A DNA stretch of 64,000 bases from Armatimonadota bacterium (GTDB lineage Bacteria > Sysuimicrobiota > Sysuimicrobiia > Sysuimicrobiales > Humicultoraceae): positions 19,303 to 83,302 of the forward strand of contig JBBIOM010000007.1 in the NCBI GenBank assembly GCA_037443365.1, in the 5' to 3' direction. The position numbers and the translations under genes are program-made. Every line of letters begins with the position of its first letter. Within the stretch, counting starts at the first letter, position 1. The notes beneath the pieces are model-generated. The model was not told where the DNA came from, made no database searches, and saw nothing but the letters and a program-made list of their open reading frames with translations. Shown one piece after another: positions 48,939-58,658 of this stretch.

Positions 48939-49674
48939 GAAGGGGAGACGCTTGGAATCCCTTCGTGTCCAGAGCTTTGAGGCGATTGGGGCTGGGGCGA
49001 TCGTCTTCGCGGGTTTGTGCGGAGACGAGGTGGACCTGGAGCGGCTTGTGGCGCACCTGGCCGCGCGCGGCTTTGACGGCGGCGTGCTCGTGGGCGATGA
49101 GGCGACCGAGGGAGTGCTCTGGTTCCGGGACGGCGCGCCGCGCGAGGCATGGGTGTTCGAGGCGGGCGACATCCCGGAGATGCTGCCCGATGGCCCTGGT
49201 CGCGAGCGCCTGAGTGCACTGGCCTCGCGAGGCTGCCGGATCAGCGTCGTGGCGTGCGAGCCGCCTGACGAGCCGCCGGAACTGGCGGACTGGTCCGACG
49301 CACAGCCCCCCGAGTACGGGACGGCCGCTGAGCCGCCTGCCCACCCGTGGCCCGCGATCCTCGAACGCATGGCGGTGCGCATCGCGCGCAGCCGCGGGCC
49401 CCGCCTGGCGAGCCATTTCGCGGCGGCCCTGGTCAGGGCGCTGGAGCGTCACGGCGGCGGCATGGACGGCGAGCGCGTGCACGCCCCGCAACTGCCCGAG
49501 TCGACTTGGCGCGCGATAGTGGAGGTGGCATGCGCGCCGATAGTGACGATCGCCGGGCGCGCCTTCGCCGACCGGACCATAGCAGCCTGCGAACGCGACG
49601 TGCGCGATGCCGAAGGGATGCCAGAAGCGGTGGCCGAAGGCGAGGGGCCGGCCGAAGGCGAGGGGCCGGCATGA
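48934..49674 (+). CDS. Hypothetical protein (no recognisable family; DUF4388-like flavour in the N-terminal part)
   Basis: 246-aa ORF. TTG 48934 lies inside the riboswitch outer helix, so in-frame TTG 48952, downstream of AAGGGGAG, may be the real start. It reads LERLVAHLAARGFDGGVLVGDEATEGVLWFRDGAPREAWV, and the C-terminus carries a duplicated EGEGPA. Confidence 0.55.
   Translation: MPKGRRLESLRVQSFEAIGAGAIVFAGLCGDEVDLERLVAHLAARGFDGGVLVGDEATEGVLWFRDGAPREAWVFEAGDIPEMLPDGPGRERLSALASRGCRISVVACEPPDEPPELADWSDAQPPEYGTAAEPPAHPWPAILERMAVRIARSRGPRLASHFAAALVRALERHGGGMDGERVHAPQLPESTWRAIVEVACAPIVTIAGRAFADRTIAACERDVRDAEGMPEAVAEGEGPAEGEGPA
49633..49668 (+). repeat. Perfect 2 x 18-bp tandem duplication inside the CDS
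   Basis: GCCGAAGGCGAGGGGCCG occurs twice in a row, encoding AEGEGP AEGEGP at the C-terminus of the 48934 gene. Confidence 0.9.
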
Positions 49675-50423
49675 GGCCGCCCCCCTGGCTGCCCAAGGCG
49701 GTCATCGGCCTCATGGCAGGGGCGGCCGGCATCACCTACGGCCTGGACGGCGGCGGCGCTCACGTGCAGGCGGCGCGGGCCGCGGTCGGGTCAACGCTGC
49801 AACTCCTGGCGCCGCTCGTGGCCGGGTTCGGGTGCCTGATGGCGGCTGCGGCCTATGCGCGTGGTGACCGCGAGCGCGCGGTGTGGGTGATCGCGGCGTG
49901 GGCCACGCTGGCCTGGGCCGCCGGGCGTGCCATCTCCGCGGCCGGACGGTGGGGCGGGGGCGGCGCGGCGTACTCCCCGTCGGCGGCCGACGCGTTCTAT
50001 GTCGCCTTCTTCGTGCTGCTCAGTGCCGCCGTTTGGATGGAGGCCCGGCTTGTCTGGCCCGTGCTGGAACCGCGGATCCGCAGGAATCTGGTCGTGTACG
50101 GCGGTCTGATATGGGGGTCTGTGGTTGTCGCGACGCTGGCATTGCTCGCGCGCGGCGAGGCCCCGGTCTTCCAGAAGATGCTGGCCGCCTTCTACCCTGC
50201 GGCCGCGATGCTGCTCGTACCTGCCTGCCTGGTTCCTGCCGCCGGCTTCAGTGGAGGCACCTCCGCCTACACGTGGCTCACCCTGGCGATGGCTGCGTTG
50301 TGCATGGCCGGGGCGAGTCTCCTGCATCCGATCGTGCACAGGGCCGACGCGCTGTGGGTGGCGGGCTTCATCTTCCTGGCGGCCGGTGCCTTCTGGCAGC
50401 GCGCCGCGCTGGAGGAGGTCTAG
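49671..50423 (+). CDS. Polytopic integral membrane protein, unknown family
   Basis: ATG 49671 overlaps the upstream stop (ATGA). It is about 250 aa with roughly 6-7 hydrophobic segments and has no soluble domain. Confidence 0.6.
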   Translation: MRPPPWLPKAVIGLMAGAAGITYGLDGGGAHVQAARAAVGSTLQLLAPLVAGFGCLMAAAAYARGDRERAVWVIAAWATLAWAAGRAISAAGRWGGGGAAYSPSAADAFYVAFFVLLSAAVWMEARLVWPVLEPRIRRNLVVYGGLIWGSVVVATLALLARGEAPVFQKMLAAFYPAAAMLLVPACLVPAAGFSGGTSAYTWLTLAMAALCMAGASLLHPIVHRADALWVAGFIFLAAGAFWQRAALEEV

Positions 50424-50428
50424 CTGCC

Positions 50429-51169
50429 GTGGCCGCCGCTGGTGTGGCCGGTCTGCTGCACTACGGGTGGACACGGGGCTTTGCCGCCGTGGTCGAGGCG
50501 CCTGCCCGGCGAACCGCGGCGGTCTTCGGTCCTGCTGGCTGGGTGCAGGGCGATCCCTCGTCCGTCCTGCCCGCCGGCGCACCGCCTGGCGCAGAGGTGG
50601 TGCGCCTGGCGCTCACCGAGCGGCTGGCCGATCAGATAGCCGGCCTGCAGTTCTCCATTGGCGGTCTGCACACCGAGTTCGTGCGGCTGCGCTCCTTGTT
50701 GGGACGGCTGTGCGCGCAGGGCGCCGACAGCGTGGTGCTCGTCCTCGGCGAGAGGCCCGCGGTCTTCGCGGTGGCAGACGGCGAGATCACCTCGGCCGGG
50801 CTGGATGCGACACCCCCCGAGGAAGCCCGAGGATGGATCGTGGTCTTCTCCGGCAAGGTCAGCCTGCCCGCGGCCGAGGCCCCGGGTGCTGCCGATGAGA
50901 CCTACTTCGTTCCCAGCAACAGCCGGGACTCACTGCCCGAGGAGGTGGCGACCGCCATCCTGAAGGTGGCCGGGCCCGCGGGCGAACGCGTGCCCGGTCT
51001 GCTCGACGGCACGCGCACGATTGGGGTGGTCGCAGGCATGGCCGGGCTGAGCGCCGGACAGGCGCGCGCAGCCGTGGGCGTGCTGGTCGCGCACCGGCTG
51101 GCCTTCAGGTGCGTCAGCCGCCCCAAGGCCGGCTCGCGTACGAAGCAGGGCAGTTCAGCGCAACCCTGA
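50429..51169 (+). CDS. Hypothetical protein, unknown family
   Basis: GTG 50429 lies 10 nt after GGAGGAGG. It reads LRSLLGRLCAQGADSVVLVLGERPAVFAVADGEITSAG, similar in pattern to the 48934 product. The C-terminal part LLDGTRTIGVVAGMAGLSAGQARAAVGVLVAHRL looks winged-helix-like. Confidence 0.5.
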   Translation: MAAAGVAGLLHYGWTRGFAAVVEAPARRTAAVFGPAGWVQGDPSSVLPAGAPPGAEVVRLALTERLADQIAGLQFSIGGLHTEFVRLRSLLGRLCAQGADSVVLVLGERPAVFAVADGEITSAGLDATPPEEARGWIVVFSGKVSLPAAEAPGAADETYFVPSNSRDSLPEEVATAILKVAGPAGERVPGLLDGTRTIGVVAGMAGLSAGQARAAVGVLVAHRLAFRCVSRPKAGSRTKQGSSAQP

Positions 51170-51250
51170 GGGAGGCCTTGCGCAAATGCCCGTGACGCGC
51201 TATCATTTGCTTCCGCCGGGTCCGGCCACCGGACGCGGAAACCGAATATG

Positions 51251-51336
51251 AACCCCGAAAAGGGCAAACCCATCGTGAGGTGGGGGCGCAAAGCCTCGGG
51301 ACCAGCAGGTGTGGTCAGCCGGGCTGCCGGAGGTTG
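51251..51336 (+). promoter_or_regulatory. c-di-GMP-I (GEMM-I) riboswitch-like aptamer, copy B
   Basis: aaccccgaaaaGGGCAAACC-CATC-GTGA-GGTG-GGGGCGCAAAGCC-tCGGGACC...CAGCCGGGCTGCCGGAGGTT. The architecture matches copy A, with one deviation in the second core (GGGGCGC instead of GGGACGC). A hairpin follows (51344-51351 with 51362-51369, containing CCUCCC) that could act as a weak terminator or as an anti-SD against AGGAGG at 51381-51386. Confidence 0.68.
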
Positions 51337-51394
51337 ACATACCGTCCTCCCAAGGCAGCCCGGGAGGGCTCGTTGTATTCAGGAGGCGTAGCAC

Positions 51395-52210
51395 ATGGCG
51401 GCAAGACCGCCGCAACGCCAGGCAGTGGTGCCGGAGCCCCGCGGCGCAGAGGCCTCCGGCCCCGACGACGCCGACCTGGCGCTTGAGGAATACGCCGCCA
51501 CGCGCAGCCCGCAGGCGCAGGAGCGCGTCGTCGCCGCCTGCACGCCACTGGTGCGGCGCATCGCCGCCGAGTTCGCGTACTCGGGAGTCCCGACCGAGGA
51601 TCTGATCCAGGTGGGCTACATCGGGCTGCTCAACGCCATCAACGGGTTCGACGCGGGCCGCGGCGCGAAGTTCGCCACCTACGCCGGCTACCTCGTACGC
51701 GGCGAGATCCGTCACTACCTGCGCGACCAGCGGGACACGATCCGCAGACCGCGCTGGTTTCAGAGGCTCAACACCCGCATCGAGGAGACCATCAGCGCGC
51801 ACGTCAGCGAGACCGGGCGCTTCCCCGGTCTCGACGTCCTGGCGCGCGCTCTCAACGTGGAGGAGGAGGGGCTCCTGGAGGTCCTGCGCGCAAGGGAGAT
51901 CCTTCGCACGGTCTCCATCGAGGCCGACGACGATGGGGCCGACCTCCGCGTTGATCGCGACCGGATACGGCACCGCACGCACGTCAGCTTCCAGCTTCCG
52001 ATCGAGGACCGCGTCACGCTGATGGAGGCGCTGGAGTCGCTCACCGCGCTGCAGCGCAAGGTCGTTTACTACCTTTTCTACACCGACCTTACACAGATGG
52101 AGGCCGCCAAACAGATCGGCATCTCGCAGAAGCACGTGTCGCGCGTGCTTGCCGCCGCGCTGAACAAGCTGCGCGGCGCGCTGGGCGCGCCGTCGCACGG
52201 GGCTCTGTAG
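51395..52210 (+). CDS. Group-3 sigma-70 family factor (SigB/SigF/SigG-like)
   Basis: Region 2 reads DLIQVGYIGLLNAINGFDAGRGAKFATYAGYLVRGEIRHYLRD. Region 4 reads LQRKVVYYLFYTDLTQMEAAKQIGISQKHVSRVLAAALNKLR. AGGAGG lies 9 nt upstream of the ATG. Confidence 0.9.
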   Translation: MAARPPQRQAVVPEPRGAEASGPDDADLALEEYAATRSPQAQERVVAACTPLVRRIAAEFAYSGVPTEDLIQVGYIGLLNAINGFDAGRGAKFATYAGYLVRGEIRHYLRDQRDTIRRPRWFQRLNTRIEETISAHVSETGRFPGLDVLARALNVEEEGLLEVLRAREILRTVSIEADDDGADLRVDRDRIRHRTHVSFQLPIEDRVTLMEALESLTALQRKVVYYLFYTDLTQMEAAKQIGISQKHVSRVLAAALNKLRGALGAPSHGAL

Positions 52211-52229
52211 GATAGGGGAGGAATCCGGG

Positions 52230-52586
52230 ATGTCGCAGTTGAAGGACTTGCTCGCCGAACTGACCAGGGTTGACGGCGTGGTGGCGGCCATGATCGTGGG
52301 CCGTGACGGGTTCGTCGTGGAGGGCCTGACGACGGAGGAGCGGGTGGACCTCGAGGCGGTCGGCGCGGTCGTGGCCAGCAACATAGCGGTGGCCGACTCG
52401 ATGGGCAAGGAGATGGGCCGCGGCTCGCTGCGCACGATGCTGCTGGAGTACGACGAGGGCCCGGTGGCCGTCGGGCCGGCCGGGGCCGACGCCGTCATCG
52501 TCGTGGTGGGTACGCGGCTGGCCAACCTGGGGCGCGTCCGCCTCGAGATGCGGCGCAACAGCCAACTCGCGGCCGCGCTGGTCTAG
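52230..52586 (+). CDS. Roadblock/LC7 (MglB-like) domain protein
   Basis: 118 aa. It reads LAELTRVDGVVAAMIVGRDGFVVEGL...LRTMLLEYDEGPVAVGPAGADAVIVVVGTRLANLGRVRLEM and begins 19 nt after the sigma gene. Confidence 0.85.
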   Translation: MSQLKDLLAELTRVDGVVAAMIVGRDGFVVEGLTTEERVDLEAVGAVVASNIAVADSMGKEMGRGSLRTMLLEYDEGPVAVGPAGADAVIVVVGTRLANLGRVRLEMRRNSQLAAALV

Positions 52587-52681
52587 ATGGTCCCGGCCCC
52601 GCCTGCTTCCCGCAATGTTCCCGGGACTAGCCCGGAACCCTTCGGGGAACATACCCACCGCAGAATCATCTCTGGAGGAGC

Positions 52682-53125
52682 ATGACGATGCGGCGTCAGT
52701 CGCGGCCCGGCCGAGCCAGGGGCGAGGCAGGGTTCACATACCTTGAGTTGCTCGTTGCCCTCTCGCTCTTCGCCGCGTTCTCGGTGATCCTTCTCCAGAC
52801 ATTCATCGTCGGCATGGCGCATGCCGGCCGGGCCAACGACCGCGCGGCCGCCACTACCCTCGCCGTTCAGGTGATGGAGCAGATCCGCGCCAGCGTTAAC
52901 CCGGTGGAGATGGTGGGCTTCACGGACCTTGCGCGCTCGCCGCTCCCCCTGCCGGATCCCTACACCGGCGTGACCAACCCGACCCCCCACACGTTCCAGG
53001 TGGCCGTGGACGTCACCCACGATACGAACCTGCGCCTCACCACCGCCACCGTCCAGATCTACAGGCCCGCCGATCTGAACGGCGCGCCGTTTGTCACGCT
53101 CACGACGGTGCTGGATGACAAGTGA
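52682..53125 (+). CDS. Prepilin-type N-terminal cleavage/methylation domain protein (pilin or PilV/GspI-like minor pilin)
   Basis: A charged leader is followed by G|FTYLELLVALSLFAAFSVILL (Glu at +5). The protein is 147 aa. Confidence 0.8.
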   Translation: MTMRRQSRPGRARGEAGFTYLELLVALSLFAAFSVILLQTFIVGMAHAGRANDRAAATTLAVQVMEQIRASVNPVEMVGFTDLARSPLPLPDPYTGVTNPTPHTFQVAVDVTHDTNLRLTTATVQIYRPADLNGAPFVTLTTVLDDK

Positions 53126-53702
53126 GATTCGCGCCGCGCCAGAGTTGCCGCCCCTGCAAGGAGACCGTGGCGTCACCCTGATCGAGCTGGTCGTGGCGCT
53201 GGGCCTGCTGATGCTCGTTCTGGGGAGCATCTACGCGATCGTGGCCGTCGGGGGCAGGTCCGCCCGCACAACCAACGACTTCCTCCAGGCCCAGGCGCAC
53301 GTGCGCACGGCCCTCGACGTCATGGTGGACGAGATGCGCTGGGCAGAGGCCGTCACATGCGCGTCGCAGACGGCGGTCACGCTGGCCGTGCCGCAGGACA
53401 CGCCCTTCTCTCAGACGAGTCCCTACCGGGTGACCTTCGCGCACGACGCCAGCGCCGCGACGCTCGTGCGCAGGCAGGACGATGCCGGAAGCGGGTGCCC
53501 GAGTTCGGGCGTAGGCAGGCCACTGGCGTACTTCATTGGCGCAGGCGGCCTGGCCTTCGAGTACTTCGACGCCAACGGCGACACGCTGGGAACGACGCCC
53601 GGCGACCTGACGCCCATCGCTCGCGTCAGGATCAGGGTGACCGTCACGCGGGATCACGTGAGCCGCACCTTCGCAGGTGATGCCGCACTGCGCGCCCGCT
53701 AG
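53115..53702 (+). CDS. Prepilin-type protein (PilW/GspJ-like minor pilin)
   Basis: ATG 53115 overlaps the upstream gene by 11 nt. It reads G|VTLIELVVALGLLMLVLGSIYAIV (Glu +5), with DVMVDEMRWAE typical of PilW-like proteins. Confidence 0.75.
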   Translation: MTSEIRAAPELPPLQGDRGVTLIELVVALGLLMLVLGSIYAIVAVGGRSARTTNDFLQAQAHVRTALDVMVDEMRWAEAVTCASQTAVTLAVPQDTPFSQTSPYRVTFAHDASAATLVRRQDDAGSGCPSSGVGRPLAYFIGAGGLAFEYFDANGDTLGTTPGDLTPIARVRIRVTVTRDHVSRTFAGDAALRAR

Positions 53703-53725
53703 GCGCGGGCAAGGGGTGAGAAGAG

Positions 53726-55816
53726 ATGCTGCGCCTGACTAGATGCCAACAGGGGATGGCGCTCGTCGCGGTACTGGCCGTCATCCTCATCCTGTCGCTT
53801 CTGGGCGCCCTCATTCTCTATCTGAGCGGGAAGGAGATGGGACTGAGCGCGCTGCGGGTCATCGGCGCGCAGAGCATGTACATCGCCGAGGGGGGCGCCT
53901 ATTCGGGCCGCGCCGCGCTCATGGCGCTCATGGGCGCCGATCCGATCGGGCAGGTCACCGTGGACCCGTCCCTGGACAGCACGACCCTGCTCGTCTGGTA
54001 TGGAGGCGCGACCGGGGAGGTGGGCCTCCAGAACTCGCTTCGCATCATTGACTTCCTTATCCTCGACGGCCGGCGCTTCACCCTCAACGCGACCCCGTCC
54101 ACGGACTCGCTCGTCTTCCACGTCAACTGGGGCCTGCCCGAGCCGCACCGGAAGCTGCAGGCGGCCGCTGGGCTACCGCCTTCCAACCCGCTGGGGGAAG
54201 GGAGCCACAGGACTACGGTCACGCTCAGGCGGCGGCTCGCATCGCCCGAGAGCGCCCCGAACGAGCCGGCCCGGTACATCCAGCGTATGGGCGGGGCCGG
54301 GGGCGACCACGAGTACGAGTTCTACTACTCCTACGAGATCACGAGCGACGGGCGCGTGAACCCGCAGGCCAGGCGCAGGATCGCGCTGCGCGGCGACTTC
54401 AGCATCTACCTGCGGCGGGATACCTTCGCCAAGTACGCGCTGTTCTCGCACGTGCACACCGGACCCGCGGGCGAGGCGCTCTGGTTCGCCGATATGTCCA
54501 TGTACGACGGGCCCGTGCACACGAACACCGAGTTCCGCTTCGCCTACTTCCCGAAGTTCGGCACCCCTGACAGCGGGATACCCTGCCGGGAGGCGAACGC
54601 CAGGACCACGCGCCTGACCAGCGCCTGGCGGACGGCCTGGTTCTTCAACCGCGGCAGCCCGCGTCAGATAGAGGCCAACGAGAACGTGGTCAGCGGACAG
54701 CGCCGCGACGCACCGGTGTTGCCCGACTGCGACACCAACAGCAGCAACGATCACGACAACGCCCCGGCCGACTTCACGCGCGGGGTGGCCACGATCCCCA
54801 TTCCCTCCAACCCGTTCAGCCAGAAGGGCGTGACCGTGGGACGCGACCCGTCGGATACCAGCGCGGTCCCCAACCGGCTCATACGGGAGGCGGTCCCCGA
54901 ACTCCCGGACAACTCGAGCGCGGTTCCCTCCGGGATATACGTACCGGTTCGAGACGACAACGCCAACGGCATCTCCGACCCCGACGAACCCCTCTCAGGC
55001 GGCATCCTCGTGCAGGGCGATCTGACAAGCTTGGTGCTCGGCATGACCGACAGCGGCGCGTCGCCGGGCGCCTGCAGCCAGAGCGCGGGGTCGCCGGGCG
55101 GCTGCGCGCGTTACACCCTGGTCCAGGGGACTCAAACCGTCACGGTGGTCGTGGACCGCGTGACGCAGCGCACCACGGTCACCAACACGGCCTGGCCCTC
55201 GGGCAACCAGACGCGGACGTTCGCCGGCGTTCCCAAGGGATGGCAGGGCCTGGGCAACGCGAACGCGGCCATCATCTACGTCGAGGGAGCGATCCTCTCG
55301 CTGCACGGCACGCTCGAGGAGAAGGAGCAGACCACGATCGTTGCCTCCGGGCGCATTGACATCACCAACCACATCCGCTACGAGGCGCCTCCTGTGGTCA
55401 CCAATCCCGAGCACAACCCGATCAACCTGCTCGGGATATACTCGCCCAACAACGACGTGCGCTTCGTCACCAACCCCAACGACCCGAGCACGCGCGACCT
55501 CGACATCCACGCCGTGATCATGGCGGGCAACCTGGCGGACGGGTACAACAGCCGCGTGTTCAACGCGACGTGGAACGACAATCCCCCGCGGGGCGAGATA
55601 CGCCTGATCGGCGGGCTGATCCAGGAGTACCTGGGCGTCTTCGGGGTCATGAACACCGCCGGGCAGCTCATCAGGGGCTACGGCTCGTACTTCAGGTACG
55701 ACCGCAGGATGAACCGCGGGTTCTCGCCGCCCTACTTCCCGACGATGACCCTGTATCAGGTGGAGGCGCGCAACTTCGCCGGTCGGCGGCCCACGTGGCG
55801 CGAGGGGTCCCCTTGA
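53726..55816 (+). CDS. Large PilX-N-terminal-like pilus protein (possible tip or adhesin component)
   Basis: It begins QQG|MALVAVLAVILILSLLGALILYL (PilX_N-like, no Glu +5), followed by about 650 aa of Gly/Asn/Thr/Pro-rich, beta-rich sequence with no further motif I can name. Confidence 0.6.
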   Translation: MLRLTRCQQGMALVAVLAVILILSLLGALILYLSGKEMGLSALRVIGAQSMYIAEGGAYSGRAALMALMGADPIGQVTVDPSLDSTTLLVWYGGATGEVGLQNSLRIIDFLILDGRRFTLNATPSTDSLVFHVNWGLPEPHRKLQAAAGLPPSNPLGEGSHRTTVTLRRRLASPESAPNEPARYIQRMGGAGGDHEYEFYYSYEITSDGRVNPQARRRIALRGDFSIYLRRDTFAKYALFSHVHTGPAGEALWFADMSMYDGPVHTNTEFRFAYFPKFGTPDSGIPCREANARTTRLTSAWRTAWFFNRGSPRQIEANENVVSGQRRDAPVLPDCDTNSSNDHDNAPADFTRGVATIPIPSNPFSQKGVTVGRDPSDTSAVPNRLIREAVPELPDNSSAVPSGIYVPVRDDNANGISDPDEPLSGGILVQGDLTSLVLGMTDSGASPGACSQSAGSPGGCARYTLVQGTQTVTVVVDRVTQRTTVTNTAWPSGNQTRTFAGVPKGWQGLGNANAAIIYVEGAILSLHGTLEEKEQTTIVASGRIDITNHIRYEAPPVVTNPEHNPINLLGIYSPNNDVRFVTNPNDPSTRDLDIHAVIMAGNLADGYNSRVFNATWNDNPPRGEIRLIGGLIQEYLGVFGVMNTAGQLIRGYGSYFRYDRRMNRGFSPPYFPTMTLYQVEARNFAGRRPTWREGSP

Positions 55817-56244
55817 GCCGCCGCCGCTCGCAGGAAGGCTTCGGCCTGCTCGAGACGGTCGTCGTGGCGGTGCTGGTCGTCATCCTGCTGACGATGGGGA
55901 TGTCGAGCTGGCGGGGGCACGTGGCGCAGCAGCGCCTGCGCTACGGCGCGGCCCAGGTGGCCTCGGACCTACGCCTGGCCCACGAGCGCGCCAAGGCCGA
56001 GCGCACCCCGTACACGGTCTCCTTCTCGGCCTCGTCGGGGTCCTACGCGATCGCGCGCACGAGCGGGGGGTTTCTCGAGAACGCCATGTTGCCCGACGGG
56101 GTAACCGTGGCCGAGACACTCGTCATCACTTTCTCGGCCTTCGGCGCCCCGGGCGCCGAGTGTACGCTCACCGTGGGCAATGCCGCGGGGACGGCCACGG
56201 TGACGGTGAGCGAGGCAGGCGGCGTGATCTACCAGGAGAACTGA
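55813..56244 (+). CDS. Prepilin-type protein (GspH/FimT-like minor pilin)
   Basis: The TTG start at 55813 overlaps the upstream stop (TTGA). It reads G|FGLLETVVVAVLVVILLT (Glu +5), and QRLRYGAAQVASDLRLAHERA is typical of GspH/FimT. Confidence 0.75.
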   Translation: MSRRRSQEGFGLLETVVVAVLVVILLTMGMSSWRGHVAQQRLRYGAAQVASDLRLAHERAKAERTPYTVSFSASSGSYAIARTSGGFLENAMLPDGVTVAETLVITFSAFGAPGAECTLTVGNAAGTATVTVSEAGGVIYQEN

Positions 56245-56251
56245 CCGCGGC

Positions 56252-58460
<2,209 letters not shown>

Positions 58461-58465
<5 letters not shown>

Positions 58466-58540
58466 CCCAGCCAGCCGGGGGCTTCCACCACCGGCCCTGT
58501 GGCTTTGCGTCCCCGGATCGCTCCGGGTTTGCCCTTACGG
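58461..58540 (-). promoter_or_regulatory. c-di-GMP-I (GEMM-I) riboswitch-like aptamer, copy C
   Basis: The minus strand reads ccgtaaGGGCAAACC-CGGA-GCGA-TCCG-GGGACGCAAAGCC-aCAGGGCCGG...GGCTGGGTTGCC. The 3' conserved GGGTTGCC (58468-58461) overlaps the first candidate start codon (TTG 58465) of the TPR-PilB gene. Confidence 0.76.
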
Positions 58541-58658
58541 GACTAGTGCACTAAACTTCTGGGTATACTCTAACTTGCCCCTGCAGAGATTGCACCGAGG
58601 GTATCACGGAGCGCGGCTTGGCGCAAGGCCATATTGAGAGGAGTTCCGGGGAGGAATC

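Noticed and set aside
50461-50485. GGGGCTTTGCCGCC, a partial reverse-complement match to the GEMM core.
   Set aside because: It lies inside a coding region. It lacks the ACGCAAAGCC core, the GGCAAACC partner and the GNRA hairpin.
47386-52230. A small Ras/MglA-like GTPase gene near the Roadblock genes.
   Set aside because: No ORF in any frame shows a GxxxxGK(S/T) P-loop with DxxG and NKxD motifs in a protein of 180-220 aa. The absence is reported as a finding rather than a feature.
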